A stretch of DNA of 64,000 nucleotides from Eledone cirrhosa (lineage: Eukaryota). The position numbers were made by a program, and so were the translations under genes. Below are positions 15,597 to 27,609 of this stretch, piece by piece. How positions within the stretch are numbered: the first letter of the stretch is position 1; each line of letters begins with the position of its first letter. The notes under the pieces were generated by a model. That model was not told the DNA's origin, did not search any database, and saw nothing but the letters and a program-made list of their open reading frames with translations. The stretch lies in NCBI GenBank assembly GCA_964016885.1, contig OZ024740.1, positions 221,712,001-221,776,000 of the forward strand, read 5' to 3'.

Positions 15597-16522
15597 GACA
15601 GGGGGGAAGAAAAAAATGGCTTCACTTGTGCTTTCAATAAATTTATTTTCTTCACAAAATCCAAAAATAATTTTTTTTACGGATTAGAAAAAATTTTTTA
15701 AAAGAAATTTTTTTATATAAATTAAGTTGGTTGTTGGTTAGGTCTTAGGAGTTCTTGGTTAACGTAGGAGGTATTGTTTCGTTTTTAGAAAGACCTTTCA
15801 CGCTGAGGTGCGCTTGTCAAACTGATGTGTATGTGGTGTGTTGTTCTATATATGGGGATTTAACATGTTTGTGGTGTGGTTGGGGTTTTTTCTCCCCCTT
15901 TAATGAGTGTAGGGGTGTAGGTGTGTTGAAAAAATTTTAATAGCAGTAATGAGTTGAGACAGTGAGTAGGGTTGGATGGGGAGAAATGTAGCAAGTGCAA
16001 CCTGCCCCGGTCACTCTCGAAAAATTCCTTTATTCAGGGGAAAAAGCTTTTAGTATTCTTTTGTGTCGAGAATGGTCATAGGCAAACCGCACCTGCCAAG
16101 CTTGTAAACAATTATTTTTTCTGAAGAATTTTTCTACGTCCTTCCCAAAATTAGTCCTTTGTTCAACACACACATATGTGCGCATATACGTACATACACA
16201 CACGGGCATATGTAGGAATATATAGGCACACACCATCAATCACACACCCATGTACATATACATCCACATGCATACATAAAAACATATAAAGACACATACA
16301 AAAACACATATACACATATGTACTCATACCTCCACATGGGTATAGATATATATATACATACATACATATACATACATATACACGAATATGTACTCATACC
16401 TCCACATGGGTATAGATATATATATACATACATACATATATATATATATACATACATACATATACATACATATACACACATAAAGATACATAACTAAATA
16501 TACATATATATACACATACACA

Positions 16523-16554
<32 letters not shown>

Positions 16555-16559
16555 GACGT

Positions 16560-16611
<52 letters not shown>

Positions 16612-16868
16612 TATTATATACATACATATACATACAGATATATATAATTATATACACCTATATACATACATATATATATACATATTTACACATATACACA
16701 ATACATACATACACACAGAAATAAATATCTCTGAATAAAAAAGTTGGGTATGTAAAGGGTAAGGTAAAAAGTAGGGGGGGGGGATAAGGAAAATAAATAA
16801 CATAGGAAAAAGTTTAAATATAATGGGAGATAAGGGAGAAAAAGAATATAAGGGTACAGAAAGTGAGT

Positions 16869-17215
16869 TTAGAGAGTAATAAAAATCGTAGTGGATGCAA
16901 GGCGTAAAGAGTAGAGAAGTTCAAGTTGAGTCATCGTAGGAATGTCAATCCAGTTACAGGACAGATGTGATTTTAGGTGAGGACAACATCTGAAGATCTC
17001 GGTGTTGGAGTTCAGGCAAGTTGAAGTGGCTTTCAAATTTTGTAGAATTCTAAATTTTTCAGTGGTACACAGAGAACAATTCTTGTGCCCCTTTGGTATT
17101 CCCTCAAATGGTCTAAAATAGACCAATCGATAGAGTACGGGATGTTTTTATCTTTGAAATCCCACACCTTATTTGCGAGAGCCCTTGCTGTTCTTTTATG
17201 AGAGTGTTTATTTTT
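16869..17215 (-). pseudogene. PLE GIY-YIG C-terminal fragment (Nematis-like)
   Basis: ..TALANKVWDFKDKNIPY.. then ..CSLCTTEKFRI..LNSNTEIFRCCPH. Confidence 0.75.
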
Positions 17216-17235
17216 ATATATATATAATATTTATG

Positions 17236-17430
<195 letters not shown>

Positions 17431-17439
17431 AGAGAGAGA

Positions 17440-17479
<40 letters not shown>

Positions 17480-17754
17480 CATAAATATTATATATATATA
17501 AAAATAAACACTCTCATAAAAGAACAGCAACGGCTCTCGCAAATAAGATGTGGGATTTCAAAGATAAAAACATCCCGTAATTTGACCACCGAGATATATT
17601 GCCATCTGCTAGCTAGCACAAGATCGAGTGAGGCCGAAATTTGACCTGTACATGAACCAGTCCGTAGCAAAAGCGAAGTAAACATAGACGTGTTGTCTAC
17701 TACACTACTAAAAATAGCAGCTAAATAGAACAACAGATTTGTTCTCTACATAAC

Positions 17755-17809
<55 letters not shown>

Positions 17810-18010
17810 CCGTTATGTAGAGAACAAATCTGTTGTTCTATTTAGCTGCTATTTTTAGTAGTGTAGTAGACAACACGTCTATGTTTACTTCCGCTTTTGC
17901 TACGGACTGGTTCATGTACAGGTCAAATTTCGGCCTCACTCGATCTTGTGCTAGCTAGCAGATGGCAATATATTTTGCCGTTCCTGGACTTTAGCCGTAG
18001 GAATGGACAA

Positions 18011-18092
18011 TGCTTTCTGATGAACTTTACTTTTCCATTGGAAATCCCATGGATTTCCAATGTTTTGTGAAGGGAAACGATCGGTAAGAGCA
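18011..18092 (+). ncRNA. Type I HHR with extended stem II
   Basis: tgcttt-CTGATGA-a-ctttac..cattggaaatcc cat ggatttccaatg..gtgaag-g-GAAA-cgatcgg-T-A-agagca. Confidence 0.8.
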
Positions 18093-18200
18093 ACTGGAGT
18101 AAGTAAATATTTAAATTATATTTTTTTATTTATTTTAAAAAATTGTTTGATTTTTGCTTGTTCTGCTTATCTCAATATATATATATATATATATATATAT

Positions 18201-18297
<97 letters not shown>

Positions 18298-18370
18298 TTT
18301 GAATGGATACAGTTTAGTTGTGTGTAATATTTATATTACAACACTACGGAAAATACTGTATATATATATA

Positions 18371-20270
18371 TTCCGCCACCGTTCCAAACGGCACAACATC
18401 TCACGGGGCGAACTCCTCGCTCTCCGCTCCCTCCGTAGCCGAGATGACATCGTCATCAAACCGGCGGACAAGGGAGGCGCCGTGGTGGTATGGCGCGCGG
18501 ACCTCTACACGGCCAAAGCCCTCAGGCAGCTCTGTAACCCCCTCTTTTACCGCCCTCTACCCTCCGATCCCACCCCCCTCTACCAACAACAAGTTTCCTC
18601 CACCATCAAAGACCTTATCGCCTCCTCCCTCCTCCCCCACCGCTTCCCACCTCATCGTCCGCACCCCCGCACCCCCACCATCTACTTCCTCCCCAAACTC
18701 CACAAACCCGGCAACCCCGGCCGCCCCATCGTCTCCGCTTGCAACTGCCCCACCGAACTCATCTCCGCCTTTCTCGACTCCCTCCTCGCCCCCCTTGTCA
18801 CCACCCTCCCCTCCTACATCTCCGACACCAACCACGCCCTGCGCCTTTTCGACTCCTTCACCTACCTACCCGGCCCTCAGCCATTCCTCTTCACCCTAGA
18901 CATCAAGTCTCTCTATACCGTCATCCCCCACGCTGACAGCCTTCGCGCCCTCAAACACTACCTCGACCTTCGCCCCTCCCCCATTCCCTCCACCCCCACC
19001 CTCCTTCGCCTCGCCGAGCTGGTCCTGACCCTAAATTGTTTCTCCTTCTCGGGTGAGTTTTACCAACAGGTCACGGGGGTAGCCATGGGCACAAGAATGG
19101 GCCCGAACTATGCCAACCTTTTTGTTGGCCATGTTGAGGCCCAAATCTTTTCCCAGTACACCGGCCCCACGCCCGAACTGTACGGTCGTTACATTGACGA
19201 CTGTATCGGAGCCACGACCCTCACCCGAGTACAGCTCGACTCCTTTCTCTCCTTCTTCTGCTCCTTCCACCCCTCCCTCCACTTCACCACCTCTATCTCC
19301 ACCACCCACGTCCACTTCTTAGACATCTCCGTCGCCTTCGACCCCTCACACCACTCCCTCGTCACCTCCGCCTTCTTCAAACCCACCGACTCCCACTCTT
19401 ACCTCGACTTCACCTCTTCCCAACCCACCCACACTAAACTCTCCATTCCCTACTCCCAACTTCTCAGGATCCGCCGCCTCGGTAGCCGTGATGCTGACTT
19501 CGAGTCCCAGGCCCTTTCCCTAGTCAGCCATTTCATCCGCAGAGGTTACCCGCCCTCTCTCGTCTACACCGCTCTCACCCGCGCCCGTGCTATCTCCCGC
19601 TCCACCACCCTCACCCCACGCCACCGCACACCCACCCACCGTCTCCCCTTCCCCATCACCTACCACCCCTCCACCTTACCCCTCCACCGCCCCATCCGCC
19701 GCCTCTTCCGACGCCTCCAGTCCGACCCCTCCACCTCCCACATCTTCCCAACACCACCACTCCCCTCCTTCAAACGCGCACGCAATCTCCGCAACCTCCT
19801 CGTCCACAGCTCCCTACCCCCCAACCCACACTCCGGTCCCCCCCCCCCGGTTCCTTCCCCTGTTCTAGGCCCCGCTGCAACACCTGTCTCCACATCACCA
19901 ACACCACCACCTTCCAGGGTCCCAACGGCCACTCTCTCTCGGTCCGGCATGCCTTCCGCTGCACCTCCTCCAACCTAGTCTACGGACTTCGTTGCACGGA
20001 GTTCAGCGCGACTTATGTCGGACAGACGGGACGTCGCCTGGCGGACCGAGTCACGGAGCACCTCCGGGATATTCGTCTCGGGGGCAGTTCCGCCATCGCC
20101 CGCCACTTTGGTGGCCCTGGACACTCCGCACGCCATCTCACAGTCTGTGGCCTACTCCAGTGCCACGGAACACCCGCCCATCGCCTTACGGTCGAACAAC
20201 GCACTATCTTCATCTTACAGACCCACACTCCCCCCGGCCTGAACTCCCCACCCTTATTCCTTTAGCGTTC
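18371..20270 (+). pseudogene. 5'-truncated Neptune-type PLE ORF (RT, CxxxxCxxC linker, GIY-YIG); frameshift in poly-C at ~19845
   Basis: KPADKGG, PKLHK, RPIVS, DIKSLYT, GVAMGTRMGP, RYIDD, FLD; shifted frame CSRPRCNTC..NLVY..YVGQTGRRLADRVTEH..PGLN. Confidence 0.9.
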
Positions 20271-20995
20271 GACCCCCCCCCCCCACACATCTCTCCTCTT
20301 CCGACCATCGCTTCTTGGATTACCCACACGCGAAATTGACTTCTAACCAAATCTCCAAACATCCGTGGAACTTACCAACTTTTCAACCATCCTCTTACAC
20401 CATCACCTATATAACTCACCCACACACACACCCCCAAAAAATTCTTTTTATCCACACGCCACCCACACCCACAACACGCTTAAACCACACACACGTGCTT
20501 CCCACCACATATTTACACCCTCAACCTCCTGATTCCTCTCCCCCCACCCCTCTATCCACACACGCACAGACACTCCGACCCACAAAAACACCCCCCACAC
20601 ACACCTTCCTGAACATGCAACCCCGTTCTTCCCCCAACCCTCACTTTCACATACACACACACACACACACACGCACACCTAACCACACACACCACCTTCA
20701 GCCCTCCCTGCTCGGACACCCCGTCTCCCTCTCTCCACTCCACCCGCCACCACCCCTACTCACCCCACACCCTTCCACCACCTGTTTACCCCCCTTTTAA
20801 TTTCAGTTTATTTTGATCATGCCTTTATTTTTAAATTTTCTCATTCCTTGTATTTTGATCATGCTTTATTTTTATTTATTATTTATTATATTTTTGTCTT
20901 TATTTGTTAATTTTTCATTCGCACCGTTTCCTTTCGCTATATGTCTCTCCACCACTCCCCTACACACCTTTTGAACTCTGTTCCCACACACTTCT

Positions 20996-21030
20996 CACCT
21001 GAAGAAGGGCTTATGCCCGAAACGTCGTCC
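20996..21030 (+). ncRNA. Minimal HHR at the Neptune 3' end
   Basis: CTGAAGA-a-gggc ttat gccc-GAAA-CG-T-C; stem I weak. Confidence 0.75.
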
Positions 21031-21114
21031 CCCACCTACCCCCCACTCTCCTGAGCGTGAATTTAATAAACATTTATTGTACTGCCTCTCTGTTCTGTCC
21101 CTGTTCAATTTTTC

Positions 21115-21149
<35 letters not shown>

Positions 21150-21423
21150 GTGTGTGTGTGTATATATATTTATATGTATGTATATGTGTATATGTGTGTA
21201 TTGCTTACCACGTGTGTTTGTTTATTTATTTGTGTCCTTTCCTGTATCGCTGTCAATTTAATAATTTTTATTTTCTTAAGTCTTATTTTTTATTTTTTTA
21301 TTTGTATGCGACGGCCTATTGCATTATATGGTTGTTCATTGTTTTTTATTTTTCTTATAATTAATTGTGTGTGCGTATGTATGTGTGTATATATGTGTGT
21401 ATGTACGTGTGTGTATGTATGTG

Positions 21424-21484
<61 letters not shown>

Positions 21485-21642
21485 TCATTAGTTAAGCAAA
21501 ACTAGACCATATGTTTCATAAGGAAGACATTATTAAAAGATTGTCAACATACTTTAGTTTGGTATAAGGAATTCACCAATCTCTCCTCTCATATCTCCTC
21601 TCCTATCTCCATCTCTCTCTTTAAGATTAGTTACTCTTGAAC

Positions 21643-21732
<90 letters not shown>

Positions 21733-21734
21733 AT

Positions 21735-22210
<476 letters not shown>

Positions 22211-22213
<3 letters not shown>

Positions 22214-22770
22214 AAGTTATATTTAAAATTGTTGGGTTACAACTAGTAAATATTTATAACTGATATAAAAGCACTCGACAAATACTTGGAGTATATTTAC
22301 AATATTAAATAAATGGAAAACTATATTTATAAAACCATATTTATTTCATTATATATATTTCGGGGATATCATATTAACAATATGCTATGCCTTCATCAGA
22401 CAAAATACAATATAAACAGTTTTATAGATAAATATATTCGACATACCGTAATAAACATCAACTTCATTTGAAGAGGTTCACTCTAGCAGTGAAAATACAG
22501 AGAGAAAGAAAGAGAGAGAGAAAAGAGGGAAATAAGAAAGAAAGAAAGGCAAAACGAAGAAAAGGAAGAAAAAGAAGAAAAAGAAGAAATGCATGGGACA
22601 AAATAGAGAGATGGAAAAATAGATAAAGCGAAGAGCTTCATGTAAAGAGACCGAAAGATATATATATATATATAGAGAGAGAGGAAATAGAGATAGATAC
22701 ATATATAAATATAGATATAGAGAAATTAGGTAGTGGGAGGTCATTTTGAGTAAGTGTATCAATGATGCAT

Positions 22771-22805
<35 letters not shown>

Positions 22806-24765
22806 GCTCAAGTATTAATGTAAGGGAGATATATAGAGAGATATAGAGAGATATATAGAGAGAAAAATTTAAAAATAGCCAGACATATTCGAGGCGTAGA
22901 AAACCCTATGTTTTAATGTATTAGTATTTATAAAACTTACACTATATTGTAAATATCAGTATTCCTGAATGAAACAAGTATTCACAATGCGTGAAAATTC
23001 ATTATCTTATGTTTAGTTTTTTAAAAATTCATATGTCTATGTGAATCCAACTGATTCACTCCGCAAATTCAAAGTTACCGGAAAACATTCTCAATGTGGT
23101 ATAAAAATTTGAGCGTATTATTATTCTTGCGATTACTCTACAAGATTATCTATCAAGCAGAAATAGAGAGCAGATTTCAATATACTAATCGAAAATATAT
23201 ATTATATTATAAGCAGAGATAACAATAATAATGATAATAAGTAAAAATATATGAAAATATAAAAATATAGAATAGAAAACTAAAAAAGAATATTACGAAA
23301 GAATATTACATAATAAAAATATTGCATATTAAAAATACTACGTATTAAAAATATTACGTATTAAAACTTTACATATAAAAATATTAAAAATAAAAATTTA
23401 CATATAAAAATATTAAAAATAAAAATAAAATAAAATAAAAAATAAAAATATAAAAATATTATAGAATACTACAATACTAAAAGAATAAAAATAAAAATAA
23501 AAATAAAAATAAAAATAAAAATAAAAATAAAAATAAAAATAAAAATAAAAATAAAAATAAAAATAAAAATAAAAATAAAAATAAAAATAAAAATAAAAAT
23601 AAAAATAAAAATAAAAATAAAAATAAAAATAAAAATAAAAATAAAAATAAAAATAAAAATAAAAATAAAAATAAAAATAAAAATAAAAATAAAAATGAAA
23701 ATAAAAATAAACCACAAAGAACAACCCTTCAAGGTTAATTGACAATATATTGCCAAGTTCACTACAAGACAAAGCCAAAAATTATCTATCAAATCACATC
23801 TAGCAAGGAATATCGCAAAAAAGATTATGATGTCCAATAATGTCTACATATGTTCCTATATTTAATATATAAGTTTATCAAGTGTAAGGTTAGTTCAGAT
23901 AATTTGGAGCATCGGCTTTTAGGGTAGCTTAATTTTTCATGAGGAATGTTTAGATAAAAATAAAAATAAAAATAAAAATAAAAATAAAAATAAAAATAAA
24001 AATAAAAATAAAAATAAATAAAATAAAATAAACAATAAAAAGAGTAAAAAGAGGGAATCAAAGATTTAGGAATCAAAAGATTTATCGGCTAGTTCTCATA
24101 TAAATATAAATCAAACTAAATATACTACATTTTAAATTTAAATTTATATTTAAACGTTGAGTTTAATCTATGTTTGCAACAACTGAATAAATTTGTCCGT
24201 AGGTTAAGGGAATTTTTAGATTTTAGTATAAAGAATATCTCCTCTGCGCAGAGGTCACATGTCTCAGAGGATGAATTAAAAGGAATCCCTCTTGAGACTA
24301 TATTCCAAGCCGTCGAATATCTAACGTTATCTAGCTTAAGTTGCCAGAGTACACCTGATAGTGCCGTTGAAGATTTTTTATTTGGATCTGTGAAAGAATT
24401 CTTGTGGTTATTATAGCGAAGTTTAAATTCCGTCGATGTGGAACCGACGTAGTTAAAAGAATTAGAGTCAGTATTAACATTACAATTGTATACTATATTT
24501 TTAACTAAGCAGTTGTTATTTAACGGACATTTAGATCTATCTCTACAGTTACATTTGTTAACTTGTATATTATTTATGCTATTATCAGTAGGTTTTAAGT
24601 TCCTATTATTTATTCTATTAATATTTTGTGCTAAATTTTTGGTGGATGAGTAGGTTAATTTAATTGTATGCCTATTGAAGATTGAGTGGTACCTATGTGT
24701 TCTAGGGAAGCGATTATCAAGAGCTTTGAAAAATAATTTAGCGATGTGGGTTTTAATGTTTAAAT
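22211..24765 (-). mobile_element. 5'-truncated Nematis-like PLE: open endonuclease frame 24760->24126, ~1.9-kb AT-rich 3' UTR containing (TAAAAA)n, terminal HHR
   Basis: minus frame ..RYHSIFNRHTIKLTYS..KCNCRDRSKCPLNNNCL..IVY..YVGST..FKLRYNNH..TALS..W..CDLCAEE..LN..CKHR; absent from the ORF track. Confidence 0.85.
22344..22405 (-). ncRNA. Type I HHR
   Basis: minus: ttttgt-CTGATGA-aggcatagcatatt gtt aatatgatatcccc-GAAA-tatata-T-A-atgaaa. Confidence 0.75.
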
Positions 24766-24931
24766 ATATATATATCTATATGAAAAGAATCAAGATCCCG
24801 ACGGCTGAGCTCCCGCCGTTCAGCCGTCAGGGTCCTACTCGTTCCTATTACCCACTCTACTACGCTAATTATTGAGTACTCTGGTGCGTTATGGTCCACC
24901 TGGTTCCTTACCACACTTCCTTCGTTATTTA

Positions 24932-25020
<89 letters not shown>

Positions 25021-25039
25021 CGTGCGTGTGTATATATAT

Positions 25040-25118
25040 ATATATTGGAGTCTGCGGGATGAGACTGTGGAAACAACTAATCATGGGAGTACTCAATGCA
25101 AGGGGAGATGTACACACG

Positions 25119-25152
<34 letters not shown>

Positions 25153-25157
25153 ATAAG

Positions 25158-25242
<85 letters not shown>

Positions 25243-25365
25243 GTGTGTATGTGTGTGTGTATGTGTGTATGTGTGTGTGTGTGTGCGTGTGTACATCTCC
25301 CCTTGCATTGAGTACTCCCATGATTAGTTGTTTCCACAGTCTCATCCCCGCAGACTCCAATATAT
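25040..25365. repeat. Inverted pair of a ~75-bp unique segment embedded in mirrored (CA)/(TA)/(TG) tracts
   Basis: 25043-25118 vs 25287-25362. Confidence 0.8.
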
Positions 25366-25388
25366 ATATATATATACACGCACGCACG

Positions 25389-25502
<114 letters not shown>

Positions 25503-25599
25503 CACACACAACACACACACACACACACACACACTGGGAGACGATGGAGTGTCATTATCTGAAAGTTTCGATTCAGATATAGGAGGGAGTATATTTGCG

Positions 25600-26180
25600 T
25601 GCATATGTATTTAAAAGAAAAGGAGAGGGTGTGCTGAGTTGGGAGTCCCCCCCCCCCGGATGGGCTTGGTGATGCTACCTGCCTCTGGTGCTAATTTCGG
25701 TGACGTTGGTGGAGGTGGTACAACTGTTGCTGATTCTGGCTCCGACTCAGGTGTTCGTATTAACTTCGCTTCTGCTGGTGCCGTTGGAGTTGGTGTTATT
25801 GCTGCTCACCTTCGGGTGTTGCAGCCCTGGTGTTGGCAGCAACCAAGCAATATGGCTCCCTGCTATCTTTTGGTGGCTGCTTTCCCCACCATGATGACAT
25901 CGTGTTTTTTATTTGCACTCGATGACAATGACACCGAAGATGAATTAGGCCTGGGATCTTGTCCAGCTTCTCCGGAAATGTCTCCCAAACTGATCCCATC
26001 CCAGTTTTCCGTCCGAGTTCCTTTTACCTCTAGGAGGTTTGAGTTACCCCCCCCCCCCCTTCAACCCATGACAACGCGTGCCAAGATCCATCAGATGTCT
26101 ACCACTGACAGGACTCCTGAAACGCAGACCTTGACTGTTCTTCTTCCCAAATATTATTGTTATTTTTCGTTGTTTTAATG
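25600..26180 (-). mobile_element. Possible degenerate LINE ORF1-like fragment
   Basis: GC-richer; stop-interrupted frame ..ENWDGISLGDI..CCQHQG..Pro/Thr/Ala-rich; family not certain. Confidence 0.3.
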
Positions 26181-26384
26181 TAACTGGGGGTAGTAGTAGT
26201 AGTGGGAATTAAATGTAAACAGCCGTTATTTCATATTGTAAGGCATATTGTTGTTAATAATTTTAAGTACGACGCAGTAGTCGTTTGGATGAACCAAATA
26301 TATTGGGTCATCAAGTATGAAATTTGTAGAAATTTGTTTTTTTTCTACAAATTTCTACAAATTTCATACTGATGACCCAATATT

Positions 26385-26562
26385 AATTGTTTCTACTTTT
26401 GACACAAGGTCATCAATTACCCAGTGCATTACTGGTACTTTATTTTATCGACCCCGTAAGGATGAAAGGCAAAGTTAACCTCGGTGGGATTTGAACTCAG
26501 ACCGCAAAGGGACGTAACTATGCTGGAAAGCATGGCGTCCGACCCTCTACCGATACTGCCAA
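26385..26562 (-). mobile_element. SINE joined to an ~85-bp Gypsy fragment within one TSD
   Basis: TSD acccaatattaat at 26375-26387 and 26647-26659. Confidence 0.85.
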
Positions 26563-27609
26563 GCCACCACCCAAGCCTGGGCACGGCAGACCTCTCCCTC
26601 AAGAATTCACCTTATCGTGCTTTCTTCATTAGAGACCGAGTCTCAAACCCAATATTAATGCCAGTTGTTTAATCAATTCGACGAAAGAGATTGAATGAAA
26701 AGCTATGTTCACCAGGATTTGAACCTAGAACGTGACATAAATATAGTTATTCTGTGTTATACTGTTGATGTCAATAATCTTCATTAAAGATATAGTAACA
26801 CATTTCTTTCTACATTTCGTTCCACATTTCGTATTTACTAGCTTTGAAGTTTAATAAGGAATATATAGAGTTATCTCCCTTGCACCATTTCCGTGTATAA
26901 TTGCTTAAAATTGTAATATGTTAGTCTGTGACTAATATTGTTTTTTTTTATCAGCACATAATCATTTCTAATACGTCGTCCGCCTCGTGATCCCAGCCGA
27001 CAGGATAGAGAAGATATTTCCCCAGAGGACAGCGAAGAACACGCGCAAGGACAGCCACTTCACCTCGCGGGACACGCATCTGCAGCCAACTCCGCTCCGA
27101 TAGCAGTGAACAGTGATGTGGCCCGGGGTCAAATGACGCCAGTCATCGTTATTTTATTTTGTAGGAGGCGAATTGGTAGAATTGATAAAACAGCAGTTAG
27201 AATGTTCTGCGATACTCGTTAAAGCTATAATGTATGCCCTTGTAGCGCTCTCTAGACAAAGGGAAGTAGGTAGAGTTACTTCCTGTAGAATTTCTAGAAT
27301 ATTCCTTGAACTTTCGTTACTGAGATTATAAAAGAAAGAGCAAAGGTCAATCTCTCTCTCTTTGGCAACAGGCTCTTGAACTGACCACACCGAGCGCAAA
27401 TATGTTAAGCTTTTTCTAATCCTATCTTGTATCTCTGGATTACACCATATCATGGCACGAGGTACGTTTTACTACCAAAAGTTGTAACAAGCACACTTCA
27501 ATAAATGCAAGTCGTTATTGATACTAGCTTCTGAAATATTCGTCATGCTTCAATTATTACATCGTCATTCCTTTTACATCTTCTAAACAAATTAAATTAG
27601 TGGTTGGCA

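Noticed and set aside
16003-16042. HHR-like CTGAATA..GAGA on the minus strand
   Set aside because: Several core substitutions; a relic at best.
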